DNA from: Spirogloea muscicola
Taxonomy: Eukaryota
DNA length: 64,000 nucleotides
Direction of reading: 5' to 3'
Assembly (NCBI GenBank): GCA_009602725.1
Contig: WELB01000017.1
Location: forward strand, 98,426 to 162,425
In this document: one piece after another, positions 37,301-49,300 of the stretch
Numbering within the stretch: the first letter of the stretch is position 1
Layout: every line of letters starts with the position of its first letter
Translations under genes and position numbers: made by a program
Notes under the pieces: generated by a model
Told to the model about the DNA's origin: nothing
Seen by the model: the letters and a program-made list of their open reading frames with translations, nothing else
Database searches by the model: none

Positions 37301-38827
37301 AGTCCGATTTGCACTCATCCTATTTCCTGTGCCACAAGAGCTTCACGGTGCTACTAGCTCCTGATTCTATCTTCTCCTGCAGGGAGCCACTGAGCTCGAT
37401 GTGGACTCATTGGCGGACCACGATGGGAATGTGGTGATTGGTGGGATTATGGAGCACACTGAAGAGGCGGGTGTACATTCTGGTGACTCTGCCTGCTCGA
37501 TACCAACGCAAACCATCAGCAAAGAGGCCTTGACAATCATCAGAGACTGGACAGTCAAGCTTGCAAGGAAGTTGAATGTGGTGGGGCTCATGAATTGCCA
37601 GTATGCAGTCATGCAAAATGGTGACTGTTACATTATTGAAGCCAACCCCAGGGCATCAAGGACGGTACCCTTCGTCAGCAAAGCCATTGGACACCCTTTG
37701 GCAAAGTATGCATCCTTGGTGATGTCTGGGAAGAAAGGTGAGCAGATCTGTAGTATATGAAGTGTCAAGGTGGGACATTGAGAACTTATGAGAAGTTTTC
37801 AGACTATATTGGAATGATACTATTGCGCACATGCCTAATTGTGCTGGAGCATTTCCTGATCAACCTCTGCTCATCCGCATTTGCAGTACATGACTTGAAC
37901 TACACCAAGGAAGTGATTCCAGATCATGTCTCTGTCAAGGAGGCTGTTCTTCCTTTTGAGAAGTTCCCTGGGGCAGATGTCCTGTTGGGGCCGGAGATGC
38001 GCAGCACAGGAGAGGTCATGGGCATTGACAGAACTTTCTCCAAGGCCTTTGCGAAGGCACAGATTGCTGCATTCCAAAGGCTGCCCCTCTCTGGCTCCAT
38101 CTTCATCTCCATGAACGATCAAACGAAGGAGAAGGTAAGCATTCTGTCTCCTTTCAGCTGCCACTGCAGAATCTTGTATAGCTTTCTGCACAACCAAGGC
38201 TGTCAGTGGGCACAGGTCTGCCATACTCACCTGCGCTTCTGACCATGTGCGCAGGTGCTAGCCATTGCCAAGGGCTTCCACGAGCTGGGCTTCAAGCTCT
38301 TAGCCACGGGCGGCACTGCTTCAGCAATAGAGAAGGCTGGAGTGCCTGTAGAGAGAGTCCTCAAACTCCACGAGGGACGTCCTCACGCTGGAGACATGGT
38401 TGCAAATGGTGACATCCAGATGCTCCTCATTACTTCGTCTGGTGACGAGCTCGACCGAAAGGATGGCCGTTTCCTCAGGCGCTCCGCCTTGGCTTACAAG
38501 GTCAGTCTTGCTAGTGATGCATTTCTGGGAACAATCACATTCAAGTCAAGCAGGGTCAGTGACAAGCAAAAAGTTGCATGTCAAACATGCCAAGAGTTTC
38601 TAGAGGCGAGCAGCTTTGCAGGTCTAGTGCACTCGCATGTATTGATTGTGTATTTGTGTCTGAAACAATTTCCCCGTCCTTTGCAGATCCCTGTGGTCAC
38701 CACAATTGCAGCTGCCCAGGCGAATTTGAAAGCCATTCAGGGTTTGATTGAGTCGCCCATTGAGATGATGGCTCTTCAAGATTTCTTTACTGTGGAGAAG
38801 GCAGGCGAGCCTATTTCTGTCAACTAG
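31316..38827 (+). CDS. carB: Carbamoyl-phosphate synthase large subunit, probably plastid-targeted, about 20 exons
   Basis: [123 protein letters not shown]-terminal MGS domain; Ala/Ser-rich N-terminus. Confidence 0.98.
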
Positions 38828-39344
38828 ATCCGAGTCATTGACGTATTAAGTTTAAGCACATACAAGCGTCCAACCTTTCCCTGCCCTGACGTCCTTCACT
38901 CTGATGCAAAAATTGCATCAGCCCTGTTACAAGTATTCTTTTAGTTGCTTCGGTGCTCTTTGTGTACATGCTCGTTAAGTTTTTCAATGCAATTGATGAT
39001 TGGCTCAATTGCAGCCACTCCCATAGCTGTGAACAAGCTGAAAGGCCTTTCAGCTCTGCCAGTAGTTGTGCTAATTATGACCCAGTACTGTGCGTAAATT
39101 GAGGACGATCGTGCACCATCGTACTGTCGGACATGATTGTGTTATACTGCTCAAGGACATGGGCTCCAAGAGCGGTCCTTAAGAATGTTGAATTGACTAA
39201 CATCTGCAATAGTGCATGCTGAATGCTGAACAGTGTTGCAAATCTGAAAGACATGGCATATACTTATCAAGAAGTGCACTGAATGCTGCGCATCGCGAAG
39301 CCCGGGCTGCTGGTGGAGCAAGAAAAGCGCAGAAGGCATTGGGG

Positions 39345-39895
39345 TGAAGCTGCAGTGGTCAGATAGAAAAGCATACTGCAGGGGCAAGGTCCGGGGGTCT
39401 AGGCGGGTGATAAACTCACCACCTTCCCCTCCAGAGTTCCCCCCATATAGCCCAACGAACTGCGCGTCTCCCCGCATCAAGGCCCTACCAGCCCGTGTGG
39501 CTAAAGTAGCACCAACACTCTCCTGTCAACTACCCGTCCATGACTTGTCGAATGCCATCTGCAGTCTACCACCGGTAACCTGCCCCATCGGTCGGCCACC
39601 ACCTCCATACTGACGGTTCCCGTCAATGCCCCGTCACTAGCAACTGACATTCCACTGCCAACGGGGTAGCATGAGCGACCTAATATCCACATTAACATCG
39701 ACGACCAGTGTTGCTGCCATTAAGGTAGTCCACATAGCTGCCTCCTCCCGTCGTTGTTTCAGCGCCAGCGTCAAGACTCCGGGCTGTGCCATCCTCAGCT
39801 CAAGGAAGTTGACAACTTCCCCAGTCGTCAGCCTGGTGAAGTGTCCGGTCTCCAGGCATTTGTCAAGCCTTCCCTGCGACAAGCGAAGTCTGCTT
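39345..39895 (+). pseudogene. Highly decayed CRE-like retrotransposon segment (zinc knuckle plus RLE), frameshifted
   Basis: Across frames: ..ALPA-CG..TLSC..VHDLSNAI..ERPNIHINIDDQ-VAAIKVVHIAASS..VKTPGCAI.., collinear with the CxxC/HD/RPD/D motif order. Confidence 0.4.
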
Positions 39896-40014
39896 TTCTG
39901 GCCCCTTCGGACCTTGCTTATTTTCTTCGGGCTGGCTGTTTACCGCCCTTGCCCCTGTGCCCCTTTCTTTTGGAAGGAGTCTTCATCTCTTACTAAGCGA
40001 CTCTCCACAGGAAA

Positions 40015-40692
40015 AACGTATGTATAAAGAGATGGGGAGGCCATGTGTGGCCAAGTACAATGGCAAGCACATTGACAAATGCACGTCACCTGCTGCTAAG
40101 CCGACCCGCTCAGTAACCACGAGTCAGCACATAGAGGTCGCTAACTGATGCTCGAATACCGGATGGCAATCGACAAGCTCTTGAACTACCAGCCAAGGCT
40201 CGACCAGCTTTCTGATGCAACGCATGAGCCTGAGCTCGCTGCAGACAAGCTGACACTCGACGTCGCAAAAATGACAGATAGGCAGCCGGCAATACCCATC
40301 TGGGCTGGAAGTACATCCTCGCGTAGTGCATATCCCAGACTCGCTATGTTCTCAAGTAGGGTATGGAAGCGAGGACCCAAGCAGCCGAAAGTGTCGATTG
40401 CGGCCGGGAGAAGGTGGTCGCTGCGGGGGTAGTCAGAGTAGTGTCGGAGCTTTCTCTGCTCTGCGGCTGCTTAGCAGGGGTTACTGAGTGTCTCGTAGCA
40501 GCTTTGTTTCTGTTACTTAGCGCTTCCCCTGGCCCCCTTCTCGTACTCTGTTCATTCTTTTTCGGGCTGGTTGTTCCAGCCCCTTTTCTCAATGGGCGAG
40601 CACTTTCTTCAGCACCTTCCACTGCGTGGCCAGCAATGTGTGTGGAAGCGGAACTCTTGTATGCCTCGGTCACCACCACATCCACCAAGAGA
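40015..40692 (-). mobile_element. CRE-like retrotransposon 3' portion (RLE, ORF end, 3' UTR), interrupted by a motif-M insert at 40465-40607
   Basis: LLVDVVVTEAYKSSASTHIAGHAVEGAE [insert] AEQRKLRHYSDYPRSDHLLPAAIDTFGCLGPRFHTLL..RRRVSACLQRAQAHALHQKAGRAL..DLYVLTRGY*; differs from 24867-25228 largely at synonymous positions. Confidence 0.82.
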
Positions 40693-40832
40693 GAGAGAAG
40701 GCGCGCGGGGCGCATGAATTGAAAGGGAGGCCAATTCAAGCCAATACATTGTTCAGGCAGAGTCGAGTGCAGACTAAACAATGCTACATAATACGGAGAC
40801 CTAATCTAAGGTACCTAAGATGACATTAGTAC
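40693..40832 (-). mobile_element. 140-bp putative element terminus, copy 2
   Basis: Reverse complement of 10396-10535. Confidence 0.85.
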
Positions 40833-41023
40833 AAGGCTCGTGGGCCTCCGCCAGGTTGTACACCCACAATGTCCAGGGTGCGACGGTGATGGCGACCCTG
40901 GGAATCCGTGGTGATAACAGGGGGAAGTGGAATACAGAAGACAAGGTCTGAAGGGGCCTGAAAGAAAGCACGGAAGAGGAAGACAGTAATGTCACAGCAA
41001 CTCAGCAATACGGAACACCCTCT

Positions 41024-41075
41024 CTATGCACCTGGCTGGGCTTTACAGCCACTCTTTTAACATCAGCAGCTCCAC
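41024..41075 (+). repeat. Repeat variant P about 150 bp upstream of the NOSIP start
   Basis: ATGCACCTGGCTGGGCTTTACAGCCACTCTTTTAACATCAGCAGC. Confidence 0.75.
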
Positions 41076-41219
41076 TTACATTCAAGCCGGGCAGCGGCGG
41101 CCTGCCTCTTCCGGAAGCTCGCCCGCGCGCCCCGCTGCCGCGGCCTCTGCCGCCGAGAGCGGCGGCCGCTGCCCACGAGGCGCCTGCGCTGCGCCTCGCG
41201 CGCCAGCCCGCGGGGCGCC

Positions 41220-43313
41220 ATGCCGCAGCGGCACTCGCGCAACAACAATGACCTGGCCATCTTTACGTACGAGGAGAAGCGGAAGCTGGGGTTCGGGAGC
41301 CAGCGCGAGCGGCTGGGCAAGGACTCCATCAAGCAGTTCGACGCCTGCTGCCTCTGCCTGCAGCGCCTCCTGGAGCCGCTGGCCTGCCGCCGCGGCCACG
41401 TCTTCTGCAAGGAGTGCATCTACGAGTGCCTCCTCCACCAGAAGAAGGGCATCGAGAAGTGAGGCCTACTTGCTCCGCCCCTCCATCGCGTGGGCCGCCC
41501 TGTCGTGCCGCTTGCTAGCGCCACGGCTGTAGAAGGCGCCTCTGCAGCGGTTCTGAGCTACGCACTGTGGGCCCTTGAGGCTTCATGGTGCAAGTGGCAC
41601 TGCCACGCTTTGTGAGCACGAGGATGCCGTGGCAGCGTCCAAGTCTGGGCTTCTCATGCTGCGTAGAAACCCCCCCCACTCCACACTTCCACGTCTTCCA
41701 CGTCTCACCCGCCCCGAAATTCGCGACTGATCATCAAAGCTTTGACCACAAGGGGTCGGAGTGTAGGGTTTAGGAATTTGATGCGGTCTTCCATGGTCTA
41801 AGTTAGATGATCAGTAGTGGAATTTTCCACGTCCTCATACTGCCCACCTTTTCTCTGATACTTTTCCGCGATAGCATCCCTTTCGATTGCAGTAATCGTG
41901 AGCCTGCCTTTAATCTGCGGGTTACTTTGATTGGTGCAGGAAGCTTGCATTGTTTGCCAGCCAGCAAAAGCAAGACGAGGAGGAGCAATTAGAATTCGAA
42001 GTTGCTGAGAAGGAACGACGGCTGGAGGCCTTTGACCGGCAAAACAATAGCGCAGTCCCGACCGAGTATGACAGCAAGAAGCAAGTGAGTGGCGCTAGCC
42101 GTCAATCCTTTTTGCCAGTTCATGCAATCAACAAATTTGAGTGTTGTTTTGTTACTGAGACAGGGCATACGTACAGGGCAGTCTTGGCGGCATCTAGATG
42201 GCCTTTCAGATATGGGCTTGGCAGGCCGCTGGCAATTGCACTTTGAGTTTAGGTCCTTGCTTGTTGTTAAGATACCTGTCCAAAGTGCTGCCTGGAATAG
42301 GCCTTGACCAAAGAAGAACGTCCAGCTTGACCGCAGTTCCAGCTTCCATGGGGCCAGTAGCGCCAAGACGACAGCCTTTGAAGAGGAATCACTCAGGACA
42401 ATGAAGGCCTACTGGCTTCCTTCAGCCACACCTGAGGCCGTGGAGAGGGCTGAAGCTCCTAGCACTGACACTATATGCCCCGAGGGCAAGGAGAAGCTGC
42501 GACTGAAGGACCTCTTTCCAATCATTTTCACAGAGCTGCCGGACAGAGAGCCTAGTAGCGTGGTGTCAAATGACAGGTCAGGAGGCAGCTGCTTACTCCA
42601 GTAATTGATGACTGCACTTTCTCCTATGCCAGGCATGCCATCCTTTACCAATAGAATTGCATTACAGCCAGGATGCACACCTGCCACATGGACGGTGCTA
42701 CATGATGCACTTGCCATGTGCAAGTCCATGCACGCACCTTGCATGCTGCAGTGTAGTCCTTTTCTTGGGTCTCTGAAATGGTGGCACTGGTTTGCAAGTG
42801 ACTTGGGTGCTATACTGACGACTGGAACCCTGCAATCTTGTGGTCTAGATTCATCTGCCCCTCTTGCAAGACAAACCTCACGAACACAACGTACCTAGCT
42901 GCCGTTAGCACTTGCGGCCACGTCATCTGCAAGAAGTGTGCAGGTGAGCACCACTATTGAGGCAGACCTGTTCATGGTAGCTGTGCTGTTATATTTGCAG
43001 CCCATCTTTGTTTTGTGACTTGATGTTGGCTATGCAAGTCTAGTATATTACAGCAACAATCTGGAGCAACTGTTATTAGCAAGTTCTGCCTACGTGTTTG
43101 ACAAGCTCCTCTGGGCTGAGTGCAGACAAATTTGTAGTCAAAGACCACTGCTGCTGTGTGTGCGGCAAGGTTTGCAAAGCAAAGGAGTTGATTGAGGTAG
43201 CAAGGGGAGGCACGGGAATGGCAGGCCACGGCGAGAACCTTGTTGGTGAAGTATTCAAGCACTTGGGGAGCGGGAGCGGGGCGGCCCCACTGCGACCAGT
43301 GACAAAGCTGTAG
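41220..43313 (+). CDS. NOSIP: Nitric oxide synthase-interacting protein (NOSIP/CSU1-type RING E3 ligase)
   Basis: MPQRHSRNNNDLAIFTYEEKRKLGFGSQRERLGKDSIKQFDACCLCL..GHVFCKECI; MKAYWLPSATP..CPEGKEKLRLKDL; FICPSCK..CGHVICKKC; RGGTGMAGHG. Confidence 0.95.
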
Positions 43314-44536
43314 TCTACTCCCCTGGCACATATGCCTCTTTCCACAGGCAGTGTTGGTTCCACCAGCCAGATGGTGGCCCTTTCTACATGTCGGCCGGGA
43401 GTAACCTCCAAGCATGTTGCAGCAGCCATCTTTGTAGCACTGCTTGGCAGCGCCAGGTTACTGCCTGCCTACTCCACCCACTGTGGGCCGGCACTCACTG
43501 CCTGCTGCAGCGAGGGCAGGCAAGCCTTCTCATTGGCCACGAGTGCCTAGGTTGCCCCACGATGAGTGCCAGGTCCCAGAGCGCATATGCTGGGGCTGTG
43601 CAAAATGTGCAACAGGGCAGAGAATGGAACTGAAAGCAAGCCGGGTGCGAGGTAATATGTGAGCACTAGGCCGGGTGCACACAAGAGGCGAGCATGCAGA
43701 ACACATTGCCTCTGTGAAACTAGGGCTGCTCTGAAGCTGAAGCTCGGGGACAGGAGTTGTTTTCCTGGATCAGGCAGCATGTCTTGCCCGCAACACACAT
43801 GCATGTTCATGCGGAAGCTGAGGGGCAATGTACCCAATATGCTTGCTGGTCGAGCCCTAGGAGCTCCCTCTGGCTTGCGTGGTTGGACTTTGCTCCCTCG
43901 TCCACCTCTTGCACTTGCTTTCTGCTTGACGAGCGGTGACGAGCGGTCACAGAGTGGCCCTCCTGTTTTGAGGATCTGATACCGTTGAAACACTTACCCA
44001 TTGTTCATCTATTGTACGCTTTTGCTGGCTTGCACGGCTGCTCTGTCAGTTTTGCAAGCTCTATGCTGGGTGATGTGGACGCTCAGTTGATACGCTGCTT
44101 TCATTTCCTTCTACTACTCTGTGTACGAGGGATAGGGTGCTTCTACTCAGGAAAGGACAAGGGTCGGAGGGCCAGTTGGTTCCAGGCGCGCCCCCAACAG
44201 CAGCAAGCTGCATGATGCAGGCCGGTACACCCTGTGGGCTGGCCGAAAGGCGGAACAGAGGTTAGGGTCACAAGCCAGGAAGTGCTTGCTGGCACTGTGG
44301 AGGCCAGCCAATTGCGGCACAGGTGGACAATGCGGACTCCATCACCACTGCTAGGACGCCTCAGGCCAAGGCAGGCTGCTTTGGGCTGGCTTTCCACACT
44401 GGCTTTCCACTGCCTCCTTCGGATGAGCAACTTTTCTGAGGCCAGGGGGACAGCGTTGATTGAGTGGCGGAAGGCCAGAGCGGCCTCGAGTACAGAGGCA
44501 AGCAGGTCCCGAGGGTGGGGGCCGCTGTATGCACCT

Positions 44537-44837
44537 CTGTATGCACCTGGCTGGCTTTTACAGGCGCTCTTTCGGAATCAGCAGCCGCATTCTTCTATGT
44601 GAGTGTGGCGAACGCGGGACCGAGCCTGGAGAGCTGGCTGCTCATGTTCTGCGCGGTTCCCACGGTGGAGAGCGGACAGCGGCCCACGACCGCCTCCGCG
44701 ACGTAATGCATGGCATCCTGTTGGAGGCTGGTTTCTCCGTGGCAGCAGAGCACTCCGGAATCATGCCAATCCAGCACAGGGCCGACGGTCTCCATGCCAG
44801 GCGTGTAGACCTGGTGGCCACCCGACAGGCCGGCGGG
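44537..44837 (+). mobile_element. Repeat P fused to a CRE-like retrotransposon zinc-knuckle/RLE fragment
   Basis: After P: CECG..AAHVLRGSHGGERTAAHDRLRDVMHGILLEAGFSVAAE..ARRVDLV; ends at the N at 44838. Confidence 0.75.
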
Positions 44838-44838
44838 N

Positions 44839-45790
44839 TAAGCAACCAATAATGGCACGAGTAGCCAACCTTGACCCTTGTTTGAGAGAAGACCTCGTCG
44901 AAGATGAAGGAGGATCTCTTCATGTGAAAGTCGGATGTCACCACGATAAGCTCCGTGATCCCCCGCTCCAAGACGAGCGGCTTGACAAATAATGCATTCT
45001 GTGTCATTGTCAAAGGCAAATGGAGATCAGATGTGCCAAGCAAGCTTGTATTGCTAAGAGTCATGGGCCTTCTCGAATATATTTGCAGCAGTCGTGCTTT
45101 CTTCGAGGACATCTCGTTCACAACATATGGTTTGCCATTGGCTGTCTGACTCGGAGTCAAAGCAGGCATGCCTAAGGCAGCTCTGACCGCACAGCATGTC
45201 CTTGTGCCTTACGCAAAACCACGGTGAGCGCAGATAAGCAGAGCCATGGCAATGCAGGTATGCTCGGAGGAAGAGCTGGCCCAATCAGCACTTGCGGCTC
45301 CCCTGAGAGCACCTCCAGCCACTGCCGGGCGGGTCTTGCCACGCACCTCCAAGGTGTTGGAGGCCCGCTCCTCCAGCACGATGCGCTCCTCGGCCACGCC
45401 GAGCTCGCGCGCCAGCTTCGCGGCAGCCCTGGCCTCCGTGACTGTGCAGAGGCATTGGTCGCAGCCAGAGCAAATGCCCCGGAGCATGCCGGCTCAGCGA
45501 AAGCTCGGCTGCTCTGATGAGCGGGGCACCTCACCGTCGCTCAAGTGCGGGAGCTAACGAGGCACAGCCAGCCGCTCGATCGCGAGCCACCACGGAGGCT
45601 ACCCGCAGGTGATCACTCCGTGCTGGGAGCACGTACCGGGACCGCCGCTGTTGTGGCCGGTGAGGAAGAGCGCGGCGGCGCGGCAAGCGGCGAGCTGCGC
45701 CGCGCCGGCGCGCACGCGGGCCTCCAGCGCCGGGCCGCAGGCGCCGTCGGGCCGCACGGCGCAGCCCAGCACAACGACGCCTGGCCGCAT
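44839..45790 (-). CDS. DUF218 / YdcF-ElyC-like protein, 3 exons seen, 3' end lost at the N junction
   Basis: VVVLGC..ALEARVRAG..LFLTG / TEARAAAKLARELGVAEERIVLEERASNTLE / NALFVK..LIVVTSDFHMKRS. Confidence 0.85.
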
Positions 45791-46359
45791 TGGGCGCCGC
45801 TCGCCGACTCTGCGTATCTCGCTATCTCCCAAAGTACGAACGCCAAATGCCGTTACTTTAAGCAACACTCTGTCGCCGCCGCCGCCGCCGCCGTTGCCGT
45901 CGATGCCGCCGCAACGGCCGCCGACGCCGCCGCAAGTGCCGCCGGGTTGGCCGCGCAGGTTGGCGCGTGGCAGCCACCCTGCGGCTCGAGCGTGGGTAAA
46001 TTTATGACATGAAATCGAGCTCGGCTGCTCTAACCTAACGGTGCCGTCGCCGCTGCGCTCCTCCAGAAGCTTCCGGCAGCGAATGCGCCCGCGGGCGGAC
46101 GAAGCCGCGGCCGGGGCCATCTGGCCGGCCGCAGGTCCTAATAAGTGGCCAGTCGACAGTCCCGGACCACTGTGGGCCCCCGTCGTGCCGAGGCAGGTAG
46201 CATTGGCCCACCGATCCGATTCAGGCTCCGCGGTTCCGGGCCCGCCCGACTCCGGCCCCGCCTGCAGGCGGCCTGTCGAATCGAAGTAAGGCACGTGGCA
46301 AGTGCCCCCTCCTATTACGAGCCGCTTCACACTCATAACATCTCCCGTTACGCTCGAAG

Positions 46360-49300
46360 GTCCCGCCGCCGCCGCCGCCGCCGCCGCCGGTGTCACCGCC
46401 GCGCCAATGGACGCCGGCTCCGCCCCTTCAGCCGGCGACGCCGCCGGCCACGGCGCCCGACGAGGAGCTGCGGCATCGCCTGGCGGAGAAGGACGGCGCC
46501 ATCTCCATCCTGCGCTCTCGCCTCGCGCAGGTCCTTGACCCTCACGCAATCCTGCACGCTTTCTGAGCCACTTGATCCAAACAATGAGTGAGCTACTAGC
46601 CCCAACCATAAGCCAACAATTTACCCCAGCTTCACTTGAGAGCGGCCCTCTTTCCTCATGTATGCACTCGGCTGGCTTTGACAACCGCCCCTCGATGTCA
46701 GCAGCCGCGACCTTCCCTGTCGTCCGCTGCCGAGCTGCCTCCGGGGCCGACGCCGCTTTGAAGCAGCGTCCGGCGCGACCTCCTGAGCCGCCGGTGGCTG
46801 CGGCTGTTGCGCAGGCCGACCAGGAGCTCTACCAGCTGCGGAAGCGCTCGTTCGGGACACCACCCGGCGGCGGCGACGGCAGCAGCGCGTCTCCGCGCTT
46901 CACCGCGGCTGCCGACCAGATCCGGACCCCGCCGGTCGACCACGCCAAGGAGGCCCGCCGGCTCGCCGCACAGCTGGCCTTCAAGGTTGGCTGCCAGCGA
47001 GGGCACTGCTGCGTCGTCAGCACAACAGGACTGGAAGGTCGCAGTTGATGCAAGCGAGTGGCCCGTTGCATTTGACGGCAGGATGAGGAGCTCCTGGAGC
47101 TGCAGCACGCCAAATCGGAGGCTGAGGAGCGCCTTGCCGCTTTGGAGCACAGGCTTGAGGAAGCACGGAGCCACAACGCCGAGACAAGGTCAGGGCTGCC
47201 GATTCAGCAGCACCAGATGCTAATGACATTCGTCACCTCCTGACAAGCAGCGATGCTCTTCAGAGTAATATGCTTACGTTCAGCCCTGCTCGCGACAGGT
47301 CAAATGCCGCATCGCCTCCCAAGGATGGCCCGCCCAGGCAGCGGCGGCGGGCTGACGATGGCTGCGCGGCGTCATCACAGGCGCCACTGGGAATTGCTGT
47401 CAAGCCCGGCGTTCGGTCTTCTTTGCCTTCACTGCACACGGGCGTGGTGCGCAGCGCTAGCGACCCGTGGATGCCACCTTGGCCAGCCTGGAGCCACGAG
47501 GGCAGTCCCGGCAAAGGCGAGCCCCCATTGTTGCAGAGAGCGCTTGCTGCGGCCCCTGATGAGCAGGTAGGCCAGCCGCTGTATTTGCACAGCAGCACCC
47601 AGAACCCGGAGGTGGAGGTCTTCGCATTAATAGCATAGAAATGCTTCCACATTTTAGGCAGTCCTTGTCTGAAATGCAGCAATGTGGCCACTTGCCCTTG
47701 AATGGCTCGGCGACCCAACTCTGGACGTGCTGCTGTAGCACAAGGCAGAAACATCGGCTGAATGTTGTAGGATGTTCACGGTGCCAAGGCCTTCCTGATA
47801 TGATGCAGGGCGGTCCACCATCAGTGCCGCCGCCGCTGCCTGCCGCGGGCACATTCGAGTACGCAGAAGTCGCGCAGGCTCTCCGGCACATCTGGAGCCC
47901 AGCAGAGGAGGGCTACACGCTCGTTGACAGCGCTGGCGGCGCAGCGGTGGCCCGGCGGCTCCTCGCCTGCTGCGCCGACGAGCTGTGCTCCCTCCTGGGA
48001 GAGGCCGTGGAGCACCACAAGGCCCCTCCTTCAAAGGGCAAGATGGCTGGGCTGGCAGGAGCTCCTGCACATATGGCAAAGGATCTTGAGCTCATGCGCG
48101 ATCTACGAGTTGTTGTCACGAAGGTGCTGCTTACAGCACTCAGCACTCTTAGCAGTTTGCTAACATCGGACAGGTTGATGCGTCGGTGCTGCAGCAAGCA
48201 GCAGTCGCCTGCCAGGTTGCTATGTATGACAACAAGGTTGTGAGTCGCTTCTTGCAGGTCCTGGGGAGCGGCTGCAATGCTGCAGCGCTCCTCCCGCCAC
48301 TCCTAGGCCTCTGCGAGTCCACCGACGTGAGCAGCCGGTACACCCTCGCCCTCCAGGCATACAAGCCCAAAAACAATTCAGGTTTATGATCTAACGTCTA
48401 GCAGGATGCCTCCTGTTTCGTTCCTTGTGAGGCTTGTGGTGCAAGCAATGGCAAGGGTTGCAAGCCAGTAGCAGTTGATTCTGTAGGAGCAGGGTGTGCT
48501 GCAGGAGCGGCGTGCTCTGTGCGCGACCAAGGTGCTGCAGTGCCTCCTCCGTTTTGATCGCGAGAGTCGCGCCCGTATGCTGTGCCCGTGAGTCAATCCA
48601 ACATCCACCCTTCCAGGGCTCAGGGATTTCTTCTGCAGATTCAAGTCAGAGCTACACCGCAAACATGCTGGGTCCGTCATTGTATGTATCTGTTCTGAGG
48701 CTCGGAGCAGCCACGAAGAACAGCTCGATGCTCTTGACTAGCGTTTCTGTACTGCTGCGTTCCCAGTCTCAGTTAGACGCTCATCATCACTACTGCTTGC
48801 TTTGGCAGGACAAAGACTGCTAAGACTAGCATTTGCAACTCACACGAATGCTATATATGCATCAGGGAAGTGTTTGAAGTGGCAGCTTCGAATGGCCCAG
48901 CATCCGTGCTCGTCGACCATGGCTTCGGCTGGCGCATGATTCAGGACGCCAGGAGGCCTCACCTCTTTTCTGCCAACACAACTCCAGAGCTACGTTTGCA
49001 ATTCACTTCCCCGCGCATCATCTGCAAGTTGCACGACCTCCCAGCGTGCAGCAGCCTGGCCATGGATGCAACTTTGTGCAAGGGGAGTGACGCCGCCCAG
49101 GGGTTGAGGTCAGATGCGAAAAGCACCTGCCTGGAACGCCTCGCGGCACTTCTGTCGCCCTCGTCCAGTGCTGAGCTAAAGGAGGAGGCAATCAGCGCCC
49201 TCACAATCCTCGCTGCTGATTCTGAGCCGCTCATTGAGAGACAGAGGTAGTAATGCCAAAGCCTCGGTGTGAGTTAAATGTACTGCCATCTGGAGTCGAA

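Noticed and set aside
40015..40432. hAT transposase dimerisation-domain relic on the plus strand (PIW..YPRLAMF)
   Set aside because: The minus strand gives a much better, multi-copy-supported RLE retrotransposon reading, so the plus-strand resemblance is probably chance
41763..41774. Interstitial telomere repeat (TAGGGTTTAGG; similar at 15297 and 54407)
   Set aside because: Only 1-2 imperfect units; could be telo-box-like but not distinguishable from chance
45599..46684. 361-aa minus-strand ORF as a single gene
   Set aside because: Only its 3' end (from about 45790) has DUF218 motifs; the rest is GC-rich antisense to the ATRIP-like 5' region
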